From Candidatus Onthovivens merdipullorum (GTDB taxonomy: Bacteria > Bacillota_I > Bacilli_A > RFN20 > CAG-826), in assembly GCA_017694345.1 (NCBI GenBank), contig JADIMY010000013.1, positions 1 to 53,921 of the forward strand: a stretch of 53,921 nt of DNA, in the 5' to 3' direction. Both the position numbers and the translations under genes were made by a program. Positions within the stretch are counted from its first letter, which is position 1. Each line of letters opens with the position of its first letter. Positions 14,472 to 22,430 of the stretch are shown in pieces. The notes under the pieces were generated by a model that was not told the origin of the DNA, did no database searches, and saw only the letters and a list, made by a program, of their open reading frames with translations.

Positions 14472-17302
14472 AAAACAAGTTATTACTTTGTAGCACTTTT
14501 TTATTACTAATTCCTTTTGGCTTTGTAAGTGAAGTTAAAAACGAATCTAACCTTAATAATATATACTTTGAGAATAATATGATATATAAAAATATAGAAA
14601 CAAACGGAGAAAACATCGAACATAAAATTAATGATGCTTTCGACAACAACTTTAATACTTATTGGTTAAGCGACAAATTAACTGATGCCACTTTACTTAT
14701 TGATTTAGGTGAGCAAAGATCTTTAAAAGGTGTGTCCCAAGTTTTTCTTGATGAAGATACTTGGTATTTTAAGATATTAGGGTCTATTGATAATATCAAT
14801 TTTTTTGAAATAGTTAATAATAGCCATGGCGAATTTGGTAGAGTTTTTGAATATAGCGCTAAAGGAATTGCTAGATATATCAAATTGGAAATTTATAAAT
14901 CTCAAAATGGATTTTTTCCTTCTAGTAAAGAATTTTTAGTTAATTATGTTTCATTAAGCGAAGGAACTAATTTAGTTTTAGATTTTAAAGGTTATTCATC
15001 TTCTCATTTAGAAAATTATGAAAGTCATAAAGCTTTTGATGGAGATACTGGTACTTATTTTTGTGCTTCTAATGAAACTTTCCCTCAAAATATTGGAGTA
15101 GATTTACAAAATAATTCTTATGTAAACAAAATAAAACTAGCTTTTAAGGATTATGGTACTTATGGATTTTATTTAGAAGTTAAAGAAAATGGTATATTTA
15201 AAAAAATTTATGAAACGAGTAACTTTAATGGAAGTTACATCGAAATAGAATTAAATAAAGTTATTAGTGAAGCTAGATTAACTTTAACAAAAGGTCCAGG
15301 ATGGGCTTCGGTTGTTGAATTTGAAATTTTTGGTTTTAAACAAGTTAATACTTCAAAAGAAAGTGAAGTATTAGATTTAAATCAAGAAATGATTATTGGG
15401 AAAATCATTTCTAAAAATTCCAATTTTGAAGGGTCAATTGATGGCATAAATTTTACTACATTAAATACAAATAAAACTAACATTGTTAGATATTTAAGAA
15501 ATATTAACGAAGATGATTTACTTTTTGCTAATCCATTAAATCAGAATCTAACGCTTAATTTATCTACTAAAACAAGTGATTATATTGATGAAGAACATTC
15601 AGCTAATTTGATATTTAAAAATGATTCGAATTTAGATGAAAGTTATTATCAAAGTGAAACTAAAGGTGGTACTCATTATATAAATGTTGATTTAGGAAGA
15701 ATAGTTAATTTTGATCATCTGGAAATTGGATTTTTAGAAGAAAAAATTCATCATTTTAAAATTGAATATTCTTTAGATGGCGAAAATTATTTTGTTCTTA
15801 AAGATTTTTTAACTATCGACTCTAGTTTTAAAGACTTGATAATTGGAGATGATGATGTAAAAAATGTTCGTTATTTTAAAATAACTTTAGAAGTTAATGA
15901 TGATGAATATGCGACTTTAAAGAAATTTAATGTTTATGGAAATGGTTCACCTATTAGAGAAAATTGGTGGCAAAATCATAGTGGTGTAATTCGATATTAT
16001 CCAAAACTTCAAGGAATTACGCTTAGAGAAATTACTGAAGACTTAGATAAAATTAGAAATAGTGGTTTTAAAGTTATTGAATTACATCAGCCTTATGAAG
16101 GAATTGCCGATATTTGGGCAGGATTAGGAAACACCAATAACTATCAGGTGGATCCCTTAATCGGCAATTTAGAAGATTTAAAACTTTTACTTTTAGAAGC
16201 TCATAATAGAGGAATTAAGGTTTTCATGTTTGGCAATGTTGGATATGGTAAATATAACGCCGAATACTTTAAAAAAGCATGTAAAGATTACGCTTTAGGA
16301 ATTGATTCAAAGGAGAGAAACTGGTTTGTATTTTCAGATAGTTGTCCTGATCCAACGAAGTGGTTTTGGAGTGATTTAGCCAACGCCTATTACTATTGTT
16401 ATTGGGATGATAAAGGGACTATACCTACATTTAATTTTAATAATCCAGAATGGCAAAAAGAAACCAAAAAATATATCTCCTATTGGAGTGATTTTGGAAT
16501 GGATGGAATAGGGCTTGATGCACCTGATGTATATTATTGGGGTAATTCAAATCGAACTGAAATTACCTATCTTGCTATTACTAACACTTTAAAAAGTCAT
16601 AATATGTTTTGCTTACCAGAAGGAACAGGAGATACGATAAATATTTCTCTTTATAAATATAATTGTGTACAAAATTATACCATGAGTAGCTGGGGAGGAG
16701 GAGCAACTTCTTTAGGACTAGAAGCAGCAATGAATCATAGTGTTAAAGGAGTAGATGATGGAGTAAAAGGAGTTAGAGATACAGCTGTTGCCTTGGGAGG
16801 TGTTTCCATGGACTGTATGAATTTTGAAGATTGTTACGACTTTGCTTCTAGTAGCGAAAGAATATTAGAATGCGCACTTGTAACATCTACTGGTCATATT
16901 TCGTTTTTGCATTCAGGCACTGATAGCAAAATTGGTCAAGATATAATGGAAACTTGGGATGAAGATACTCAAGATAAAATTCATACTTTGTTTGGATTAC
17001 AAAATTCTTATCAAGCTTTAAACCCAAGTGGAGCTCGATATAAATTAATTACATCAAACGAAGATAGATGTTATGCTTTTTATAAATCGAGCCTAGATGG
17101 GAATAGTAAAGTTTTACCTGTATTTAATTATTCAAATAGCGATATTGAATTACAAATATTTATAGACAATACACAATTTGATAAAGATAATTTATTAATT
17201 TATTATGGCTTTAGAGATGAACAAATTGAGGCTAAGATCTCTAATGGTGTTTTAAAAGTACCTATGAAAGCAAATTCTTATAGGATGCTTATATTGAGGT
17301 AA
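14468..17302 (+). CDS. Secreted or anchored protein: F5/8 type C (CBM32-like) domain array fused to a divergent alpha-amylase-family (GH13-like) TIM-barrel domain
   Basis: The start overlaps the upstream stop (ATGA). The N-terminal array is paralogous to 10100 (FDNNFNTYWLSD...LLIDLGEQRSLKGVSQVF). The C-terminal half has IRNSGFKVIELHQPYEG, LLEAHNRGIKVFMFGNVGY, FGMDGIGLDAPD and CLPEGTGD. Confidence 0.6.
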   Translation: MKNKLLLCSTFLLLIPFGFVSEVKNESNLNNIYFENNMIYKNIETNGENIEHKINDAFDNNFNTYWLSDKLTDATLLIDLGEQRSLKGVSQVFLDEDTWYFKILGSIDNINFFEIVNNSHGEFGRVFEYSAKGIARYIKLEIYKSQNGFFPSSKEFLVNYVSLSEGTNLVLDFKGYSSSHLENYESHKAFDGDTGTYFCASNETFPQNIGVDLQNNSYVNKIKLAFKDYGTYGFYLEVKENGIFKKIYETSNFNGSYIEIELNKVISEARLTLTKGPGWASVVEFEIFGFKQVNTSKESEVLDLNQEMIIGKIISKNSNFEGSIDGINFTTLNTNKTNIVRYLRNINEDDLLFANPLNQNLTLNLSTKTSDYIDEEHSANLIFKNDSNLDESYYQSETKGGTHYINVDLGRIVNFDHLEIGFLEEKIHHFKIEYSLDGENYFVLKDFLTIDSSFKDLIIGDDDVKNVRYFKITLEVNDDEYATLKKFNVYGNGSPIRENWWQNHSGVIRYYPKLQGITLREITEDLDKIRNSGFKVIELHQPYEGIADIWAGLGNTNNYQVDPLIGNLEDLKLLLLEAHNRGIKVFMFGNVGYGKYNAEYFKKACKDYALGIDSKERNWFVFSDSCPDPTKWFWSDLANAYYYCYWDDKGTIPTFNFNNPEWQKETKKYISYWSDFGMDGIGLDAPDVYYWGNSNRTEITYLAITNTLKSHNMFCLPEGTGDTINISLYKYNCVQNYTMSSWGGGATSLGLEAAMNHSVKGVDDGVKGVRDTAVALGGVSMDCMNFEDCYDFASSSERILECALVTSTGHISFLHSGTDSKIGQDIMETWDEDTQDKIHTLFGLQNSYQALNPSGARYKLITSNEDRCYAFYKSSLDGNSKVLPVFNYSNSDIELQIFIDNTQFDKDNLLIYYGFRDEQIEAKISNGVLKVPMKANSYRMLILR

Positions 17303-17306
17303 TGAT

Positions 17307-18032
17307 ATGAAAAAAATAATATTATATTCAAGTTTTGCATTGTTATTTAGTGGAATATTAAGTTTTTCTAATAAAAGCCATGAGTTTAATCTAATGGAAA
17401 ATAATTCTTTGAATTCTTTTAATGATGATTATTTTGAAAAAAGTGAAAGTGATACTAGGCTTGTTCTAACTTCTCAAAATAAAAATTCTATCGCTTATTC
17501 AGGATGGGAAGCTAGTTATAGTAATGAGGGAATAACCTTATTTATCGAATTCATGGATGAAGACTTGTATTATGGAAATATTTATGATATTGGATATGAT
17601 GATAATGTAGAGTTTATTATTAATGAAGTAACTACTGAATCTAATTGGTCAATAAGTAAGACATTTCATTTTTTAATTAATCCTGAAGGTAAAGTTTACT
17701 TTCAAAAAGCCAATAGCACAAATTCATTTGGAGCTTCGTTTGATCCTTATTTAAGAGCAGTTAATGGTGAAAATATAATTTACACTTGTAGAGTTAATGA
17801 TAGAGAAATTGACGGTTATAATGGTTTTAAAGTTTCAATTTTTCTTAGTTATGATGTTTTAAATACAACTTATGAAGATGGTTTCGGAAATTTAGCATTT
17901 TGTCCTGGAATGAGAAACACTCATATTTATGGTAAAGATACAATTTGGACGAGTTATTCAAAAAGAGGATGTAAGCGGAGTAATAGTAGTAGTTTTGTAA
18001 AAATAAATAGCGACAACACTTTTTCTGCTTAA
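17307..18032 (+). CDS. Small secreted protein with a CBM9-like / DOMON-like carbohydrate-binding fold
   Basis: Signal peptide without a lipobox. GITLFIEFMDEDLYYG...YDDNVEFIINE resembles the CBM9-like segments in 5855 and 26037. Confidence 0.45.
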   Translation: MKKIILYSSFALLFSGILSFSNKSHEFNLMENNSLNSFNDDYFEKSESDTRLVLTSQNKNSIAYSGWEASYSNEGITLFIEFMDEDLYYGNIYDIGYDDNVEFIINEVTTESNWSISKTFHFLINPEGKVYFQKANSTNSFGASFDPYLRAVNGENIIYTCRVNDREIDGYNGFKVSIFLSYDVLNTTYEDGFGNLAFCPGMRNTHIYGKDTIWTSYSKRGCKRSNSSSFVKINSDNTFSA

Positions 18033-18095
18033 TACTTAGTTTCAAACATTATTTATAATGTTCGATTAATGTATGTTTAATATTCATAATAATAA

Positions 18096-18109
18096 TGTAA
18101 GCGCTTTCA
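18096..18109 (+). promoter_or_regulatory. cre / LacI-type operator TGTAAGCGCTTTCA
   Basis: The site fits TGWNANCGNTNWCA. It lies 38 nt upstream of the ATG at 18147 and just downstream of a candidate -10 (CATAAT, 18085-18090). GCGCGTTTAT follows it, as at site 5427. Confidence 0.65.
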
Positions 18110-18146
18110 ATTTATTAAGCGCGTTTATTTAGGAGGAAAATTGAAA

Positions 18147-20654
18147 ATGAAAAAAGGCAAGTTTTCATTATACATTCTCTCAGCCACACTTTTAGTGGGA
18201 TTAGGAGGAAGCGTCCTTGTAGGTTGTAATAATAAAGAGGAAGAACAAGCCATTGTAGTTTCTGCAGTTGAAATAACTGATGCAGATGGTTATGAACCTG
18301 ATACAACCGTAATGGATAATAGTGAAATTACTTTAAAAGCAAATGTCACAAGTAATTCTACCGATGCTCAAGCCAGAAGAGTAACTTGGACTTCATCAAA
18401 TAATGATGTTGCTAGTGTCGCTAGTGGTTTGGTGACATTTTATACCGTTACTGAAAATACTGAAGTAACAATTACTGCAACAAGTAGAAGTGATACAACT
18501 AAATCAGACTCAATTACTTTCACAGTAAAACATGGTGTTATAAATACTTATAATTCTCGACCAGTCGGTGGGCTTGATATTACCGATTATGTAACTGATA
18601 ATACAATCTCTCAAGAAGATAATGTCCAAGATACGGCTATGGTTTATAGTGATGTCTATAATAGTGATTTTTATGTTGAAACAGAAATTAGAATTGAAAA
18701 TACTAATGATGAAGATTTATATCCAAAATTTGGTATTATGGTTGGCACTAGTGAATATGGTGCTTGGCAAGATGGCGATAATAAATTTGCAATGTACTAT
18801 GTAGACTTAAATAAAGCAAGTTATGGCAACTGGAATACATTAGCTTTTGTTACCAATAACGAAGCTCTTAATGACTGGTCATGGGGTAGTCAAACAGAAA
18901 ATGCTTCAAGATTCAGTGTCACAACAAGTGTTAAAGAAAAAAGATATTTCAAACTTGGTTTATTAAGAGAAGGTAGTGATTATTACTTATTCTATGGAAC
19001 TAGTGAAGATAATTATGAAAGTTATAGATGCTATAAAAAAGTTACTTGGACTGGTGAAGGTAGCTTGGCCCCAGATGAAGTTTCTTATGCTTGGGTTGGT
19101 GGATTTAAAGCTGGTGTTACTGCAAGAAACTTTAAATCAGTGACAGATCCTGAAGAACTAGAGGCATTATTTGAAGAACCAACATCTCTAACTCTGGAAC
19201 AGACCGGAACACAATTTCTTGAGCAAGGACAATCTATGAAACTTAATGTTAACACTTCACCTATCAATGTTCATAACTTAACATTTACTTCAAGTAATCC
19301 TGAATTATTTAGTGTTACAGAAGATGGAGTCGTTACTTGTAATTCTTCTGAAATAGGTGAAAAAGCTACAATTACTGTTAGTTATGGATCCGGAGAAGAT
19401 GCTTTAAGCGCAAGTGTTCAATTTGCAGTCGAATACGCTGATCCTGTTTTTAAAGCTTCAACTATGAATGGTAATTTTGATAGATCTCACGAAAAAGACG
19501 AAGAAAATCCTTATGTTACAATGTATGACACTAATAATGTTGATCATATTTTACAATTTGCTGGAGAAGGATCAACTAAATGGTTTGCTGAAATGACTAT
19601 AGAACCACAACTCGTGTCAAGCGATGTAGACCCAGATGGGGTTATTAGTGCGTGGCCAAAAATAGGTCTTGCGGCTATGACAAATGGAAGTTCTGATGTT
19701 AGTTCAAGATTAATTTTCTATACTCCTGACGATGGTGAGTTTGGTACTACCCCAACTCAAGCGTTGAGACTTGGAGTGGAAAGAAGTGCCACTGGAGATA
19801 ATTGGAATTTACCAAATCCAGAAGGCTATGAAGACATTGATTATCGTGAACCAAGTGGTGAAATGCATCTAGGATTAGCAAGAGATGGTGCTGATTATTA
19901 TTTCTTCTATAATGATCAATTAATTAGAAAGAGAACATTAACTAGTGCATTTGATGCTTCTACACCAAGTTTACCTGGATTCTTAAGTTGGGGATATTAT
20001 GGTGCTAAGATTAGTAATTATCAATATCTTGAAGGTGATGAAGCTGATAGCGTTTTAAATAATATAAAAGATCGTGAAACTGATTCTTGGAAATTGCAAG
20101 GTCAACAAACATTGACTGATGATAAGAATTTCGTCTTTGGACATTTAGACACTTGTAATAATATTTTAGGTCTTAACAAAATGACTTATAAAAATACAAT
20201 TGATGCAACTAACTTTGATATTTCATTTACAATTTCTAACTATCGTGGTAGTAAAACAGCATGGTATTTTCCAAAATTAGGTGTTGTTTTAACTGGGACT
20301 GCGGATAATGCTCCATACTCTGAAGGAATTTATTTAGCCAGTGACAATGAATATGATAGAATAGAGACTAATATGTATGGAATTTGGGTCAATGGTGCTC
20401 AATTAGGTAGTGAAAATAATAGTTTCGATTACGATGCTTCGTTATATGATGAAACCATTGAACATAATGTGGTGATTTCTGTTAGAGGTGGGCAAGTATC
20501 TGTTACAATTGATGGGGTAGCAATTGCTTTAGAAAATAACGGCGGAACTCCTGTATTGACTAGAGGATTAAAAGGTACTGGTCCTTACACCTTGTCAATT
20601 GAAGGCGAAAAAGCTTCTGCTCAAATTAGTAATTTTACTGTTACAGAACTTTAA
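18147..20654 (+). CDS. Surface lipoprotein, paralog of 5855 and 29173 (Big_2 + LamG-like A + Big_2 + LamG-like B + LamG-like C), non-catalytic
   Basis: Lipobox LVGC|N. KSDSITFTVKHGVIN matches KHDSITFTVNHSIIN in 5855. Other motifs: DLYPKFGIMVGT...LGLLREGSDYYLFYG and WPKIGLAAMT...LGLARDGADYYFFYND. The ORF track starts at TTG 18141, but ATG 18147 has better spacing from AGGAGG (18131-18136). Confidence 0.75.
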   Translation: MKKGKFSLYILSATLLVGLGGSVLVGCNNKEEEQAIVVSAVEITDADGYEPDTTVMDNSEITLKANVTSNSTDAQARRVTWTSSNNDVASVASGLVTFYTVTENTEVTITATSRSDTTKSDSITFTVKHGVINTYNSRPVGGLDITDYVTDNTISQEDNVQDTAMVYSDVYNSDFYVETEIRIENTNDEDLYPKFGIMVGTSEYGAWQDGDNKFAMYYVDLNKASYGNWNTLAFVTNNEALNDWSWGSQTENASRFSVTTSVKEKRYFKLGLLREGSDYYLFYGTSEDNYESYRCYKKVTWTGEGSLAPDEVSYAWVGGFKAGVTARNFKSVTDPEELEALFEEPTSLTLEQTGTQFLEQGQSMKLNVNTSPINVHNLTFTSSNPELFSVTEDGVVTCNSSEIGEKATITVSYGSGEDALSASVQFAVEYADPVFKASTMNGNFDRSHEKDEENPYVTMYDTNNVDHILQFAGEGSTKWFAEMTIEPQLVSSDVDPDGVISAWPKIGLAAMTNGSSDVSSRLIFYTPDDGEFGTTPTQALRLGVERSATGDNWNLPNPEGYEDIDYREPSGEMHLGLARDGADYYFFYNDQLIRKRTLTSAFDASTPSLPGFLSWGYYGAKISNYQYLEGDEADSVLNNIKDRETDSWKLQGQQTLTDDKNFVFGHLDTCNNILGLNKMTYKNTIDATNFDISFTISNYRGSKTAWYFPKLGVVLTGTADNAPYSEGIYLASDNEYDRIETNMYGIWVNGAQLGSENNSFDYDASLYDETIEHNVVISVRGGQVSVTIDGVAIALENNGGTPVLTRGLKGTGPYTLSIEGEKASAQISNFTVTEL

Positions 20655-20690
20655 TAATTTAATAGATTATTAGATACCTTCTTTAAAATG

Positions 20691-20725
20691 AAAACGAGCT
20701 ACGTTAAAAGTAGCTCGTTTTATTA
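20691..20725 (+). terminator. Intrinsic terminator
   Basis: AAAACGAGCTAC-GTTAAAA-GTAGCTCGTTTT followed by ATTAT. Confidence 0.75.
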
Positions 20726-20767
20726 TATTTATTGAAAAATTTAATTTTTTAAATTAATATCATTAAT

Positions 20768-21761
20768 ATGAGTTTATTAAAGCAAGTTGGTTTAAAAGAA
20801 ATAGCTTATGAATTAAAGGTAAGCGTAAATACTGTAAGTAGGGCCTTAAGAGATTGCGATGATATTAGCGAAGAAATGAAAAGGAAAGTTTGTGCTAAAG
20901 CAATTGAAATGGGCTATAGTCCTAATAATGTTGAAGAATACATAAAGAAAGACTTAAAAAGAAATATTGCTTTCTTAGGACCTGATTTTACAAATTCTTA
21001 TTTTATGTTAATGTGTAATGAACTTTATCATTATTTAAATAAAGATAAGTTTAATTTTAATGTAATTATATCTAATAGTAATTTTTTAACACTTAATGAC
21101 TTAAAAAGATGTATCCTTCAAAGAATTGATGGAATCATAACTTTTATTGAACCAAGTGATGAAGCAATAGAGACTGCCAAATTATATAGAATACCAATAG
21201 AAGTAGTTGGTAGAGAGATTAATAATTCTTCGATAGATCAATTATATACCAACGATTTCGTGGGGGGGGGTTTTAGCTGGAGAATACCTGATAAAAACCA
21301 AGTTATGTAAGAAAGTGTGCTTTCTTACATACGAAAATGTCGAATGTTCCTTGCGTCGATTCGAGGGATTCAAGAAAGTTTGTGATGAAAATGGCGTAAA
21401 CGCCGAAACATTTATTGTTAAAGATAAGAAAACACTCGACATTAATTATTTTTTAGAAAATAAGTTTGATGGTATTTTTTGTTTTAATGATGAAATAGCT
21501 TATAACCTTCTTTATAAATTTGATGTAGTCGAAGATACTTATTTAGAAGAACAATTAAAGAATATAAAAATTATTGGATATGATGCATTAGCTCATAGAA
21601 TAAGAGGATTAAAAAGAATTACTAGTATTAACTTTAATTATCACGAAATAGCTAAAAAGGCTATTGAGATAATACAAAGAAGAGTCTTAAATAGTGAAGA
21701 TAATTCTCCTTTTGAAAAGATATGTTTTGATGTCTCTTTATATTTAAAAAAGAAGGATTAG
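20768..21761 (+). pseudogene. LacI-family regulator split by a frameshift inside a G9 homopolymer (ORFs 20768-21310 and 21315-21761)
   Basis: The HTH is LKEIAYELKVSVNTVSRALRD...AIEMGYSPN. ORF1 runs ...YTNDFVGGG and then goes out of frame. The +1 frame reads ..VLAGEYLIKTKLCKKVCFLTYENVECSLRRFEGFKKVCDENG, which aligns with DDYEGGKLAAKTLINKN...RLKGFKDEL of the 8886 paralog. Removing one G restores a single ORF of about 330 aa. Confidence 0.8.
21262..21270 (+). repeat. Poly-G tract (G9) at the frameshift point of the LacI-family gene
   Basis: Sequence tcgtGGGGGGGGGtttt. No comparable G/C homopolymer was noticed elsewhere in the window. Confidence 0.9.
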
Positions 21762-21764
21762 TAA

Positions 21765-22430
21765 TCACTTAATACTAAAAGAATTATCATCTAAAAAACT
21801 AAATATAATTTTGTTATTTTCAATTTTATAATTGAGTTCTGCAGTAAAAACTTGATTTTCAATGACTTTTTGATTATTTTCATATTGATAAAAAGAAGTA
21901 GTTATATCAATTTGAAAATTGTTGTGTTTAAAAGTTTTAATATCAATTGGATAATATACACTTATTCCACTATTAAAAGAAAAGCTACATAAATCAAAAT
22001 CACCTTCTTGATATTTATATTTCTCTAAAGAAAAATCGTCAACACTATAAGTCACATTGTTATCAAGTGGATCATCTTCACAATAAATATCAAGTTTAAT
22101 AGCAAAAGGATTAGTAATTGAATAATCATCTATTAAGTTAGTACTTTCATTTTCAAACTTCGTTGCTATAAATAAAACATCTAAATTGTATTGATTTGGA
22201 TTAATTAAAATATCTTCTTTTTTGATTTTAAAGCCACTTGCAAAATAGTAAAACAAAGTTGGTTCTTCTAATACGCCTTCTTCAATGGGTGGAGTATACA
22301 AAGGCGACCATAAAGGATATAAACGCTGTAAGTATTCCTCACCATCACATAATTTTATTTCTTTTTCTTTACAAGCAGTTAAAGAAGCAATTGAAAGAAG
22401 AAAACTTATTATAACAAAAAAATTTTTCAT
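21765..22430 (-). CDS. Hypothetical lipoprotein (221 aa)
   Basis: Lipobox LTAC|K. Its start overlaps the stop of the upstream HExxH gene (ATGA). No other motif was recognised. Confidence 0.6.
   Translation of the reverse strand: MKNFFVIISFLLSIASLTACKEKEIKLCDGEEYLQRLYPLWSPLYTPPIEEGVLEEPTLFYYFASGFKIKKEDILINPNQYNLDVLFIATKFENESTNLIDDYSITNPFAIKLDIYCEDDPLDNNVTYSVDDFSLEKYKYQEGDFDLCSFSFNSGISVYYPIDIKTFKHNNFQIDITTSFYQYENNQKVIENQVFTAELNYKIENNKIIFSFLDDNSFSIK

Noticed and set aside
18046-18063. Hairpin AACATTAT-TT-ATAATGTT after 18032 as a terminator
   Set aside because: The stem is A/T-only, has low stability and has no clear T-run. It is not reported as a feature.
20768-21761. Treating 20768-21310 and 21315-21761 as two separate functional genes (a stand-alone HTH protein plus a sugar-binding half)
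   Set aside because: The break falls in the middle of the conserved effector-binding core, exactly at a homopolymer. The second ORF has no RBS. A single frameshifted gene is the simpler explanation.
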